A stretch of DNA of 64,000 bases from a virus: positions 1 to 64,000 of the IMG/VR virus record IMGVR_UViG_3300020446_001892, one strand, 5' to 3'. Position numbers and translations under genes: made by a program. Under the pieces are notes generated by a model that was not told the origin of the DNA, did not search any database, and saw nothing but the letters and a program-made list of their open reading frames with translations. Within the stretch, counting starts at the first letter, position 1. The number at the start of each line of letters is the position of its first letter. Below are positions 1-9,967 of the stretch, piece by piece.

Positions 1-1502
1 GCAGTAATATCGCCTGCTGGTGTTGTGTGATAAAATACGTGTCCATCATTCCAGTTATGAGCAACAACTCCTGATTGCCCTGTAAGAGTTTGAAACTTTT
101 CTTCTACACCTCTATCAAAATGCACGTCTTTTGTAAAGGTTGTTTCTGTGCCTGTGGTTGCGGCATCTGTAATACCATATCCACCAAGTGTGGTTGGTTT
201 TCCTGTAAGGTCAGCAAACGCAACGGTTGTTAAATAATCTGTACCTGCCACTGCCGCTGAAATGTTTCCTGAACCGTCTGATTTTACTAATCCTGTGATA
301 GCACCTACCACTGGATCTGTTTCTGTATAACTTGTTAAGAAACTTGTTCCTGTAATAGTAGCACCTGAAAAGTCTACAGTCGTTCCGCTTGGGAAGTCTA
401 CATTGTTAGAACCACTTCCTATTGTTACTAATGTTGTTTGTGTTGTACCAATGTTTACATTACCAGGTTGTAATGCTCCACTACCACCTGTGATGTTTGC
501 ATCACCACCTATGCTGTTTACTTCAGTAGCATCACCACCTGAGATTGCTAAATCGTTGCCATCTGCAACACCTGCTCCTACTGCCTCTGCTTCTAAACCA
601 GTACCAGTCAAAGAACCGCCTGTTGTAAGTGCATCTGTTATTCCATAACCTGCAAGTGTAGTCGGTTTTCCTGATAATGAACCAAATGCTCCATCAAATC
701 CTGTAATAGTAATATTGCCTTCTGCATTACTGGCTGTGGTAATGCCTGTGCCGCCAAGTATTAGGAAACTTTCACCTTCACTGATAGTTCTAATAGTAGA
801 GTCATCAGCACCTACACCAATGTTGGTAAATGCCGCTCCACCACCGCCTCCACTGATTGTGATATTGCCTGAACCTAGAAGACTTTCTCCATTTACGGTT
901 TTGATGTTTGTTCCACTTACCAATGCTGATTGTGCATCAGTAATACCGTATCCTGATATCGTAGTTGGTGTGCTTGTAATGTTTGAAAATGCTGTTGTCA
1001 CACCTGTCAACGCACTACCATCTATTGCTGGTAAAGCACCTGTAAGTGTTGTGGCGTTTAATGTGCCGTTTACACTATCAACCAATACAGTAGAATCTGC
1101 GGCTACAACGTCTATTGATTGCGTTGAACCACTTTGTATTACAACACTTGATGTAGCATTTGTAATTGCAGTGTCAACTTGTGTTTGTGTGTATGCATCT
1201 GTAATGCCATATCCTGAAAGTGTAGTTGGTGTGCTTGTCAAATTACTGTAAGCAAGGCTTGCACTAATTGATCCTGTAGCTGTAATATTACCTGTGATAT
1301 TTAAATTACCAATACCTGTAATATCATTACCACTAAGATCTAAATTACCACCAAGAGCGGGAGTTGTGTCCGATCCTAAAGTAGTTGTACTTCCTGTATA
1401 TACTTCATCAAAGTTGTCATTAATTTTGTCAAATGCTGAACGAAGGCTTTCACCGTCTCCTGCTAGTTCTGCTGATCCAATGTTAATTGTTTGCTTTGCC
1501 AT
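1..1502 (-). CDS. Tail fibre/virion structural protein, 3' end outside the window (missing from ORF track)
   Basis: ATG at 1502 gives MAKQTINIGSAELAGDGESLRSAFDKINDNFDEVY, a T4 gp9/gp10-like N-terminal motif. Four PTT(L/I)xGYGITDA tail-fibre repeats. Frame appears to run off the window edge. Confidence 0.85.
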   Translation of the reverse strand, partial: MAKQTINIGSAELAGDGESLRSAFDKINDNFDEVYTGSTTTLGSDTTPALGGNLDLSGNDITGIGNLNITGNITATGSISASLAYSNLTSTPTTLSGYGITDAYTQTQVDTAITNATSSVVIQSGSTQSIDVVAADSTVLVDSVNGTLNATTLTGALPAIDGSALTGVTTAFSNITSTPTTISGYGITDAQSALVSGTNIKTVNGESLLGSGNITISGGGGGAAFTNIGVGADDSTIRTISEGESFLILGGTGITTASNAEGNITITGFDGAFGSLSGKPTTLAGYGITDALTTGGSLTGTGLEAEAVGAGVADGNDLAISGGDATEVNSIGGDANITGGSGALQPGNVNIGTTQTTLVTIGSGSNNVDFPSGTTVDFSGATITGTSFLTSYTETDPVVGAITGLVKSDGSGNISAAVAGTDYLTTVAFADLTGKPTTLGGYGITDAATTGTETTFTKDVHFDRGVEEKFQTLTGQSGVVAHNWNDGHVFYHTTPAGDIT

Positions 1503-1511
1503 TTTTCCACC

Positions 1512-1916
1512 TTAATGATTTAATTTTATACTAGTTACACTACCGTCAGTCCAATTAGAAATATATACTCTTACCCAAACAAAGTTACCTGTAAAATTAT
1601 ATGATTTACTAGAAGTTTCGTTTGCAGTGTATTCTAGTTTAGTAGAGGTGCTTACAACTAGTTTTCCAGTAGTATCAATAGTTTGTCCACTACCTAATGC
1701 TATTGGAAAATAATCATCCGCTGTAGGATTAATAGCAAGAGTACCTTGCAATTCTATGTTACCTAAAAATCCATTTAGGTCTATTTGAAGTGTGTGTAAT
1801 CCGTCACTACGTCCGTAGTATCCGTCACCTTTGAATTTTTCACCTGTATGGGTTTGTACAGAACTGTCCCCTACGTGTGTTTGATTTGATATAATTGTTT
1901 CACTATTGCTTGGCAT
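1512..1916 (-). CDS. Hypothetical virion-associated beta-sandwich protein
   Basis: 134-aa ORF with beta-rich composition, late promoter upstream, adjacent to fibre gene. Confidence 0.6.
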   Translation of the reverse strand: MPSNSETIISNQTHVGDSSVQTHTGEKFKGDGYYGRSDGLHTLQIDLNGFLGNIELQGTLAINPTADDYFPIALGSGQTIDTTGKLVVSTSTKLEYTANETSSKSYNFTGNFVWVRVYISNWTDGSVTSIKLNH

Positions 1917-1920
1917 AGTA

Positions 1921-2577
1921 TTATTTATCAGAATTAGCTGATGACACTATCTTGTCGATTCTTTGTATTTTTCCAATAAACAAGTTTAATAGTTGTAATA
2001 TTTTCTCATCTCTTACATAAAAGTATAAGCCTTTTGTGAAACCATTTGTCTTAATTGTATTTAAACATACAGATCCTGCCTTTGCTTTAGTAGGATTATT
2101 TATTATCCAAGTTGCTAAATTTGGATCTACATCCAAATCCATTGTAACTTTATACTTATATTGAACTTCTGAATCTGTTAAAATTACATTAGGTTGTAAA
2201 TTTAATTTATCTGCAGGTTCCCAAAATTCTGTACATATATTTGCAAATTTTTGTGACAAAAATTGTAGCCAGTCATAGTCATGCGAATATATTTGCATCC
2301 TATATCCTTGAACCCTTAATTTAAAATCTTTTTGTTTACAAAATTCTATGTAAAGATTTTTTGCATCAACAAAACTATTTTTTTCAATATGTATTTCTTT
2401 TGACCAAGTTTTTCTTACTAAAGACCCGCCCGCTTCATACTGGTGTTGTAAATTATCTAATTCTGCTTTTGCAAAGGATAAATTTTTATCTCTAAATAAA
2501 TGACACAAACTATTTGTAACAGAAATTTTGTAAGGATATTCGTCATAAAATAGTTTGAGAGTATCAAACTTTTGCAA
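1921..2577 (-). CDS. Hypothetical phage protein
   Basis: 218-aa ORF overlapping the clpA stop, in operon. Confidence 0.65.
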   Translation of the reverse strand: MQKFDTLKLFYDEYPYKISVTNSLCHLFRDKNLSFAKAELDNLQHQYEAGGSLVRKTWSKEIHIEKNSFVDAKNLYIEFCKQKDFKLRVQGYRMQIYSHDYDWLQFLSQKFANICTEFWEPADKLNLQPNVILTDSEVQYKYKVTMDLDVDPNLATWIINNPTKAKAGSVCLNTIKTNGFTKGLYFYVRDEKILQLLNLFIGKIQRIDKIVSSANSDK

Positions 2578-4804
2578 TTACCTTTTTTCCTTTCGTCTCT
2601 AAAACGATTTCATTCTTGTCGATGTTTATATTCAAAACGCCGCCGTCTTTTAAGTCTCCAAATAAAAGTTCTCTAGCAAGTTTGCGTTTTATTTCTCGAT
2701 CAATTACACGTTGTAAAGGTCTTGCACCCATCTTAGGATCAAATCCTTTATCAACAAGATAATCTAATGTTTCATCACTAACTGTAATTTTTACATTTTT
2801 ATCTTTAACCATATCTTTTAATTCAACTAAGAACTTGCCTACAATTTTCATCATTGTTTCTTTACTTAGTTTTGCAAATGTAACAACTCCGTCAAGTCTA
2901 TTTCTAAATTCTGGCGCAAAGTATTTTTTCAATGCTCCGTCTTCATATTCTTTTTCGAAATCTTCCATAAAGCCAATGTTATTTTTCTCTGCTTCTGCAG
3001 CTCCAAGATTTGTTGTTAAAATTAATATGCAATTTCTAGCATCTGCTTCTTTACCGTTTGACCCAGTTATTTTACCATTGTCCATTATTTGTAGTAAAAC
3101 TTGAGATACATCTGGATGGGCTTTTTCTATTTCATCTAGTAATAAAACACAGTTAGGCGATTCTTGTAAACGTTCTATTAACAATCCACCTTTTTCTTCA
3201 TGTCCCACATATCCTGGAGGTGAGCCGAGGAGTTTACTTACACTATGACGCTCTTGATATTCACTCATATCGAAACGTACAAGTTTTACACCTAAGTTAC
3301 TTGCAAGTGCTTTTGCTGTTTCAGTTTTACCTGTGCCTGTTGGACCCATGAAAACAAATGCACCAATAGGTTTGTCACTTGCTTTTAGTCCTGCTTGGCT
3401 AACAAGTATTTTATCTACTACATCTTCAACTGCTTTATCCTGACCGTATACCTGTCCTTTAATATTATGTTCAAGATTAGCAAGGTTTTCTGTTTCTTTT
3501 TCCGCAACTTGTTCAGTTGGTAAATTTACTGCTTTTGCTAGTTCAAATTGTATATTTTCTGCTGTAACAATTTTCTTTTCTACTTTAGGAAGTAAATTAA
3601 ATCTTGAACATGCTTGATCAATTAAGTCAATTGCTTTATCAGGAAGTTTTTTATCTGCTTGATATTTAACACTCAATTTTATACTTTCATCAATTGCATC
3701 TTGTGTTATTTCAGTAGCATGATAGTCCTCATAATATTTTTTAATGCCATTCAATATATCATTTGTAACTTCAGGTGAAGGCTCGTCAACCGTTACACGT
3801 TGGAATCTACGCATCAATGCTCGATCTTTTTCAAAATATTTTCTATATTCCTCCCACGTAGTGGATGCAACAACTTTTAGATCACCTTTAGTCAATGCAG
3901 GCTTTAGCATATTTGCTAAGTCATTTGAACTTTGACCTCCTCCTGCGCCTGCTCCATTCATCATATGAGCTTCGTCTACAAACATTATTGTTTTACCTTG
4001 CTTTTTCAATCCAGCAAGAACTAATTTGAACCTTTCTTCAAAATCTCCTCTATATTTAGAACCAGCAAGCATCGCTCCTATATCTAAATTATATACCTTG
4101 TATTCTAACAAAAATTCAGGCACGTTACCTTGGACAATATTAAAAGCCATACCTTCTGCAATAGCAGTTTTACCTACACCAGGATCACCTACCAATAATA
4201 CATTGTTTTTGCTACGTCTACCCAAAGCAAGTGAAATACTATCAAGTTCTTCTTGTCTACCTATTACAGGATCTATTTTGTTATTTTTTACTTGTTCGTT
4301 TAAATCTGTAGTGAATGCACGTAATGCTCTTTGTGCCGCACCTGACATTTCTTCATCTTCAAATCCTGTTTCAAATTCTGCTTGTAAATATTCTGCAAAT
4401 TTTTCTTTTATTATTCCTGATTTTTCCATGAAATAATTTGCATGAGTCTTCTTTTCCGATAATATACTAAGTGCAACATCACTTAATTCGATATTAGGTC
4501 GACCAGCAAATAAAACCTGTGTAAATGCTCTATTGAGTACTCTTTCTACAGTTTGTGTCTTCTTAGGTTTATATTTTGTATCTTCAATTTTAATTTCGTT
4601 CATATTATTTTTCAAATGATGTTCTAAATTAGATTTTAAAAAATCAACATCAGCACCAAAACCTTTACATAAATTATAAAAGTTGTCACTACACATCATA
4701 GAAAATAAAAGATGTTCTAATGTTACAAACTCGTGTCCTAACTTTTTTGCATCTTTTATAGACTTGTCAAATACTAACTGCAAATCTTTGGATGGTTCAA
4801 CCAT
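2564..4804 (-). CDS. clpA: ATP-dependent Clp protease ATP-binding subunit ClpA
   Basis: Clp N domain, two AAA+ modules (GDPGVGKT, GPTGTGKT), IGF ClpP-docking loop (NNIGF), GARPLQR, no ClpB middle domain. Confidence 0.93.
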   Translation of the reverse strand: MVEPSKDLQLVFDKSIKDAKKLGHEFVTLEHLLFSMMCSDNFYNLCKGFGADVDFLKSNLEHHLKNNMNEIKIEDTKYKPKKTQTVERVLNRAFTQVLFAGRPNIELSDVALSILSEKKTHANYFMEKSGIIKEKFAEYLQAEFETGFEDEEMSGAAQRALRAFTTDLNEQVKNNKIDPVIGRQEELDSISLALGRRSKNNVLLVGDPGVGKTAIAEGMAFNIVQGNVPEFLLEYKVYNLDIGAMLAGSKYRGDFEERFKLVLAGLKKQGKTIMFVDEAHMMNGAGAGGGQSSNDLANMLKPALTKGDLKVVASTTWEEYRKYFEKDRALMRRFQRVTVDEPSPEVTNDILNGIKKYYEDYHATEITQDAIDESIKLSVKYQADKKLPDKAIDLIDQACSRFNLLPKVEKKIVTAENIQFELAKAVNLPTEQVAEKETENLANLEHNIKGQVYGQDKAVEDVVDKILVSQAGLKASDKPIGAFVFMGPTGTGKTETAKALASNLGVKLVRFDMSEYQERHSVSKLLGSPPGYVGHEEKGGLLIERLQESPNCVLLLDEIEKAHPDVSQVLLQIMDNGKITGSNGKEADARNCILILTTNLGAAEAEKNNIGFMEDFEKEYEDGALKKYFAPEFRNRLDGVVTFAKLSKETMMKIVGKFLVELKDMVKDKNVKITVSDETLDYLVDKGFDPKMGARPLQRVIDREIKRKLARELLFGDLKDGGVLNINIDKNEIVLETKGKKVIAKV

Positions 4805-5309
4805 TGTTTTTAAACTCCTGCATTATTTTCTTTTGTTTTTTCTTTGCCATTTCTAGTTTCAATTTTGATACTCTATCAACAAATTCTATTCCATTTAAAT
4901 GGTCAAACTCGTGTAGAAAGCATCTTGCATCTATGCCTTTAAACTCTATTATACATTCTTTACCCTCAATGTCAAGAAACTGTGCAACCAATCTCTTCGA
5001 TCTTCTAATATTTAACACTAAACCAATATGACTTAAACACCCTTCTTTTCCTAGCTCTGTCTTATCGTCAAGTTCTAGTATTTTTGGATTAATTACTGCA
5101 AAAGGCTTTGTTATTTCCTTGTGTTCTAGAGGTCTTTGAACAAAAATTTGTGCATCTAATCCAACTTGATTAGCAGATAAACCTATTCCGTTTTTTGCTA
5201 ACATAAGTCTAGCCATTTGTCCAGAAACAAGTTTTGCATCTAAGTTGTCAAAATCAAAAGGCTGTACAACTTTTTGCAACCACGGGTCAGGACTGCTTAC
5301 CAATAACAT
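4797..5309 (-). CDS. def: Peptide deformylase
   Basis: Motifs GIGLSANQVG, EGCLS, HEFDH. Confidence 0.95.
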   Translation of the reverse strand: MLLVSSPDPWLQKVVQPFDFDNLDAKLVSGQMARLMLAKNGIGLSANQVGLDAQIFVQRPLEHKEITKPFAVINPKILELDDKTELGKEGCLSHIGLVLNIRRSKRLVAQFLDIEGKECIIEFKGIDARCFLHEFDHLNGIEFVDRVSKLKLEMAKKKQKKIMQEFKNNG

Positions 5310-6105
5310 TCTTTATATCCTTTAATTTACTAATTGTATAATCGTTTAATTTTGGCATATGTGCATCTATTTTAATGTGTACATTGCCAGGTCGCCTAGT
5401 GTTAACATTAGGTACTCCATGTCCTGAAATACTAAATGTGGTGCCTGGTTTTGTGCCTTGTGGTATGTTCAAACTAAATTTTCTATCAGCTGGTGTCTTT
5501 ATATCTATAGTAGTGCCTACTAGTAAGTCAAAAATATTCACAGTTTCTATAGCATATATATTATCTCCATCACGTTTCCATTTTGGATCTGGACGAACGT
5601 GTACTTTTAAAATTAAATTACCTCTAGGTAATTGTTTAATTGTATCATCACCTAAGCCTGCAAATCTTACACTTGCACCATGTGCTACACCTGGCGGAAT
5701 GGCCGCATCTAAAAATTCTCTCTTGCCACTAGGAAGATTAAATTGAATAGATACAGCAGTGCCTGTCATTACTTCTTTAAAATCTATATTATATCTTAAT
5801 TGAACATCTTGATTTCTTTGTTGCCTCTGAGGTTGATTAAACTTAAAACCAAACTGAGAAAACAGATCTTCAAAACCGCCCATTCCTTCAAACCCGTTAG
5901 GACCAAAACCTTGGGGAGTAGGATTATCATATTGCTGTTTTTTTGCAGGGTCTTTTAAAGTATCATATGCTTCATTAATACCGGCAAAAGTTGCATGATC
6001 ACCTCCCTTATCAGGATGATGTTTTATTGCAAGTTTTTTATAGGCTCTCTTTATTTCATCAGGGGAAGCATTACGAGAAACACCCAGACGTTCATAGTAG
6101 TCCAT
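5287..6105 (-). CDS. DnaJ-class co-chaperone (CbpA-like, no Zn finger)
   Basis: J domain with HPD motif, G/F region, DnaJ C-terminal domains. Confidence 0.92.
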   Translation of the reverse strand: MDYYERLGVSRNASPDEIKRAYKKLAIKHHPDKGGDHATFAGINEAYDTLKDPAKKQQYDNPTPQGFGPNGFEGMGGFEDLFSQFGFKFNQPQRQQRNQDVQLRYNIDFKEVMTGTAVSIQFNLPSGKREFLDAAIPPGVAHGASVRFAGLGDDTIKQLPRGNLILKVHVRPDPKWKRDGDNIYAIETVNIFDLLVGTTIDIKTPADRKFSLNIPQGTKPGTTFSISGHGVPNVNTRRPGNVHIKIDAHMPKLNDYTISKLKDIKNVIGKQS

Positions 6106-6122
6106 ACTATTACTTATTGAGT

Positions 6123-6503
6123 TTATTTCCTAGACTTGTCAGTTCCGGTATATAGGCCAAACCAGGCTGCGCCTGCGCCTACAACAATACTAATCAATCC
6201 TGATTGTTCCATTGTAGGGTCTGCTAGATTCATATACCATATAACACATTTGTATAATAATATGATATATACAGTTAAAAACAAACGTGGAAAAATTCTC
6301 CATGCATCTACAGCTCTTGCCATATGTATTATTTTAGCATACGGATTAGGACCAAGATCTTTTACACTTGTATCAACTTCTAAATCTAATTTTACTTTTT
6401 TTGTAGCACCACTGCTAGTTGCTGGCACAACTACTTCTGCATCTGCTTTAGGTTCTACAGATGGTTTTTCTTTTTCTAAATCTTCAAGTTTTTTTCTTGG
6501 CAT
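6123..6503 (-). CDS. Two-TM membrane protein (holin/antiholin candidate)
   Basis: Two C-terminal hydrophobic helices; last gene of the lysis cluster. Confidence 0.5.
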   Translation of the reverse strand: MPRKKLEDLEKEKPSVEPKADAEVVVPATSSGATKKVKLDLEVDTSVKDLGPNPYAKIIHMARAVDAWRIFPRLFLTVYIILLYKCVIWYMNLADPTMEQSGLISIVVGAGAAWFGLYTGTDKSRK

Positions 6504-6780
6504 TTTTACCCTCCAATTTTTCTAAACGCTTTTCTATTTCATCTATTTTTGAAGTAATACGTGGATATTTAGTACGCCAAGCATTGGGATCATCTTGTAA
6601 CCATGTCCATCCCCAACGTATTGCAAGATATTCAAGCATACTATCAAATTTACCTACTGCCCAAATTGCTATTTTAGTATCTTTGAACCAAAATAGAAAT
6701 GCGGCACCAAACAGTGAGCCTGCTAACGCTGTGTATATCCACAATCGGTCGCTTGCCATTCTTTCAATCATTTCCCACAT
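6484..6780 (-). CDS. Membrane protein with C-terminal coiled coil (holin candidate)
   Basis: N-terminal TM helix; SD and TAAATA upstream; next to the spanins. Confidence 0.5.
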   Translation of the reverse strand: MWEMIERMASDRLWIYTALAGSLFGAAFLFWFKDTKIAIWAVGKFDSMLEYLAIRWGWTWLQDDPNAWRTKYPRITSKIDEIEKRLEKLEGKNAKKKT

Positions 6781-6807
6781 ATTAATCCCTCGTTATAATA
6801 TATGTAT

Positions 6808-7176
6808 TTATTTAGATTGACTAGCTTCTTCTTCCGGCTTTACTGCGTTTTCGTAATATACAATGATCTCAGTTTGCTGTTCTATGTATCGTCTTAGGTC
6901 TGCTATGTTGATTGCTAGGTTTTCGTAGTCTTTCATAGATAGTACAACATAGGCTAATTCACCATGTTCTTCTGTAAATTCTTTCACAAAGGATTCGTAA
7001 TTGTCTTTGGTTACAACGTATACTCTAGTATCTACTAGATCAATTGGTTTTGGTCGAGCTACTGTCGGTACTGTTGTCTTCTCTATCTGTGTTACTACTT
7101 TTATCTCCGGTTCGCGGAACGACGAGCAACCAGTTAGGAAGAGGAGTATCGCCATCACCGCCAGTAGCGGCTTCAA
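6808..7176 (-). CDS. Outer-membrane spanin lipoprotein (Rz1-like)
   Basis: TTG start at 7176 gives MKPLLAVMAILLFLTG-C lipobox; overlaps the 3' end of the i-spanin in another frame. Confidence 0.8.
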   Translation of the reverse strand: MKPLLAVMAILLFLTGCSSFREPEIKVVTQIEKTTVPTVARPKPIDLVDTRVYVVTKDNYESFVKEFTEEHGELAYVVLSMKDYENLAINIADLRRYIEQQTEIIVYYENAVKPEEEASQSK

Positions 7177-7528
7177 GCTCGCGCCATAATTTAGCTGTGG
7201 CACCATTCATCCTTCCTTCTAAGTCTTTACTATCTCTGATAGCATCTTGTACAAGATCTAATTCACGTAATCTATTGCGTAAATTATCTCCGTATGCTTC
7301 TGCTTTTTGTAAGTCTTTTGTCAATTGGTCTGATAAGTTGTTTAGTCTAACGTTATCTTCCTTTAGTAAAGCAATACTTTTTTCGCTAGTTTCTACTGCG
7401 GTTTCTAATTTTGCATTATTAAGTCTTGCTATTTCGAGATTAGATTGTAATTGTTTTACGTAAAATAAGCCGCCGCCAGCCGCGGCTAGAACAATAAACA
7501 CCAAAGCAATTTTTAATCCACTAAACAT
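7040..7528 (-). CDS. Inner-membrane spanin (Rz-like)
   Basis: N-terminal TM helix plus long coiled coil; directly downstream of the endolysin. Confidence 0.8.
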   Translation of the reverse strand: MFSGLKIALVFIVLAAAGGGLFYVKQLQSNLEIARLNNAKLETAVETSEKSIALLKEDNVRLNNLSDQLTKDLQKAEAYGDNLRNRLRELDLVQDAIRDSKDLEGRMNGATAKLWRELEAATGGDGDTPLPNWLLVVPRTGDKSSNTDREDNSTDSSSTKTN

Positions 7529-7536
7529 AGTGTTAT

Positions 7537-8385
7537 TTAGCCTAGCAACTTTCCCAATGTTTTAGGACCAACAATACCGTCAGCAGTAAGTCCGTTTGCA
7601 CTCTGCCATTCTTTTACAATTCTAGCAGTGCCTGGTCCGAAAATACCGTCAGCAGGGTTGATGTCTAGTTTCTCTTGTACTTCTGCTACGAGTGGACCAC
7701 GTGATCCTTGTCTAATTGTTTGATTGTAGTCTACTTCTGGTTCTTCAAAATCGCCACCTAGTACATCCATTGCATGTAGATAGTGTTTCTTACGATCATC
7801 TAAACCTATAGTTCCACCATTGATACGTTTTGTTGCTCCTACTATATCCATTGCATCACAATATTTGTTAAGTCCGTTTGTATCCCAGAACCAACATGCT
7901 GAATCTAATGCACCTTTTTTAGTACGTACATAGTCTACTGCTTCTTCTGCTGACATGTCCATTTCTTTTGCAAATTTTGTGTAGTTGTATCTACCGGTGA
8001 GTTGAAGAATGCCGCCACCACGGAATGTCCACCCGTCACCGGAATCTGTATCACCGTTGTCCATTCTGTTTGCATAAATGACATTAGCAATTTTTTCAGG
8101 TTGTCTATGATATTCATTAGCATCTCTACCTGCCCTTCTAAAATATTTAGGAAATATAGTGTTAAGTGCTTTGGCGCTGTAATTTAAGTTTTCACTTAGT
8201 ACTCTGAAGCCGCCGGACTCGTGTCCACACTGTGCGATAAACATTGCTACACGTTCTGCTGTATTTACTTCCCATAATGGAAGTATTTCAAGCATTGCAT
8301 TATACCAATCTCGCCAATCCTCTCTATGGATTAATTCTTCGGCCATCCAAGGCTCGAAATCAAATTTGAAATGTTCTTTTGCCAT
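7537..8385 (-). CDS. Endolysin: GH19 domain plus C-terminal peptidoglycan-binding domain
   Basis: AQCGHESGG, ENLNYS, RGGGILQLTGRYNY, TKRINGG; PG_binding_1-like WQSANGLTADGIVGPKT. Confidence 0.92.
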   Translation of the reverse strand: MAKEHFKFDFEPWMAEELIHREDWRDWYNAMLEILPLWEVNTAERVAMFIAQCGHESGGFRVLSENLNYSAKALNTIFPKYFRRAGRDANEYHRQPEKIANVIYANRMDNGDTDSGDGWTFRGGGILQLTGRYNYTKFAKEMDMSAEEAVDYVRTKKGALDSACWFWDTNGLNKYCDAMDIVGATKRINGGTIGLDDRKKHYLHAMDVLGGDFEEPEVDYNQTIRQGSRGPLVAEVQEKLDINPADGIFGPGTARIVKEWQSANGLTADGIVGPKTLGKLLG

Positions 8386-8530
8386 TTTTCATATCCTCAT
8401 TTTCGCACGATTTGCATCTGCAATGATCACAAATTTTAATTTGATAAGTAGCACCATTATAATCAGTTTCTAAACGATGATACGGAGTGCCGCAATGTGA
8501 TTCATGTCCGCAATTTTTGCAACTGTGCAT
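8360..8530 (-). CDS. 56-aa Cys/His-rich metal-binding peptide (missing from ORF track)
   Basis: MHSCKNCGHESHCGTPYHRLETDYNGATYQIKICDHCRCKSCENEDMKNGKRTFQI; TAAATA 5 nt before the ATG. Confidence 0.7.
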   Translation of the reverse strand: MHSCKNCGHESHCGTPYHRLETDYNGATYQIKICDHCRCKSCENEDMKNGKRTFQI

Positions 8531-8538
8531 ATTGATAT

Positions 8539-9255
8539 TTATGTGATACGTTCGACTACTAATGTTTGTCCTGAATTGTCAAGAGTAAATTTGTTACCAT
8601 ACTTTGTTATATTGTAATCTCCAATATACTTGCTAAGAAATATAATTTCGGCAAAGTCATTAGTGTTAAAAGATTCTTTTATACTATCAATAACTTTTTG
8701 TGTTGCACCAAAGTTGATATATTTAAATTGTAACGGGTCTGCATATGCTTTTTTAATTGTAATTATATTATCTTCCATTACAACGTCATCAACATAGCTT
8801 TTACTAAAGAAATTTTTGTAATTATTTAATTTGGATTCCTGTACTGTAAGTCCATAATTATCAGGGTCAGTAGGAACATGTTCGTTTAAACTATCTATCG
8901 ACAAATCATGTCCTTTAAAACTTTTGTAGTAACGAAAACGCCAATCTTTTATTGTAGTTAGATGGCTAACACCATCTATAATTTCCATGATGTTTTCATT
9001 AGCATCACTGTTTCTTTCTATTTCAACAAATACTTTATATGTACCATCATGTTGTTCGCCTGCTGTTACGTCAGAATCTAGTATAAAAGTATACCCGCCC
9101 TCTAAAAATTTGGATAAATCATCTGCAGGTTCTTTATTTGCAACACTGAAACTTAAGGTAATAATATTTTTATCTTCTCCCATTTTACTTGCAAATGAAT
9201 CAATTTCAAAAATATTATCAACAAGATTTTCTAAATCACCATTACGTAATCCCAT
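8539..9255 (-). CDS. Hypothetical phage protein
   Basis: 238-aa ORF, TAATG-coupled to the upstream gene. Confidence 0.7.
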   Translation of the reverse strand: MGLRNGDLENLVDNIFEIDSFASKMGEDKNIITLSFSVANKEPADDLSKFLEGGYTFILDSDVTAGEQHDGTYKVFVEIERNSDANENIMEIIDGVSHLTTIKDWRFRYYKSFKGHDLSIDSLNEHVPTDPDNYGLTVQESKLNNYKNFFSKSYVDDVVMEDNIITIKKAYADPLQFKYINFGATQKVIDSIKESFNTNDFAEIIFLSKYIGDYNITKYGNKFTLDNSGQTLVVERIT

Positions 9256-9809
9256 TATAATGCTCCTGTAGCAGGTGCTTCAGCCGGTGCTGTAGCTGAT
9301 AAGCCAGCATCTGGAGCAGGTTGAGCGGCAGATGCATCTGCAGGTTGTGTTTCACCTGGCACACCGCTTGAATCTGGTGCAAGTGTTTCTAGTTCTTTTG
9401 TGCCGCCATATATATCAGCAATTAATCTTTTAGGCATTTTGATTGTAACTAACCAAATTGGGTGTTTATCTAGTTTTCCTTTTTTGCTACCTGGTCTTAT
9501 ATCATCTGGTTTTCTAATTTTTCTAGGTTTAATAACATGATCTTTTGAAAAATAAACTTTGCAGTCATAGTCTAGTAACCTCTTACCGCCCATAGGATTA
9601 GGCATGTTTTTTCTAGGCCACATAAAAGAACATTCAACCCAATGTCTAGATATTTTAGGACCTTCAGCTAGTTCACCTTCTTCCCAATTATCGAATACAT
9701 AGATATCTAATTCGTCTAGTACACGTTCGAAATCTTTTAACACACTGAACGCAGTATTGCTATCATAGATGCCTTCAATATTTTTTACAATGTTGTGTAT
9801 ATCTTGCAT
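9255..9809 (-). CDS. Hypothetical phage protein with Ala/Pro-rich tail
   Basis: 184-aa ORF with AGGA SD and TAAATA promoter. Confidence 0.7.
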   Translation of the reverse strand: MQDIHNIVKNIEGIYDSNTAFSVLKDFERVLDELDIYVFDNWEEGELAEGPKISRHWVECSFMWPRKNMPNPMGGKRLLDYDCKVYFSKDHVIKPRKIRKPDDIRPGSKKGKLDKHPIWLVTIKMPKRLIADIYGGTKELETLAPDSSGVPGETQPADASAAQPAPDAGLSATAPAEAPATGAL

Positions 9810-9892
9810 GAAATAATCCTATATTTACTTATACACTTATTTATCCGTATTTGCATAGGAAATAACTTTTCTTTAAATTTGTAGATCAATTA

Positions 9893-9960
9893 TATAAATA
9901 CAAATGTAGGGCTTATGCCCAGCAGGGCGTTGCTCTACTTACATTATCCATGTAAGGAGG
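9893..9960 (+). promoter_or_regulatory. T4-type late promoter TATAAATA plus structured phoH leader
   Basis: TATAAATA at 9893-9900; stems 9906-9912/9932-9938 and 9938-9944/9950-9956; SD AAGGAGG at 9954-9960. Confidence 0.6.
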
Positions 9961-9967
9961 ACACTTA

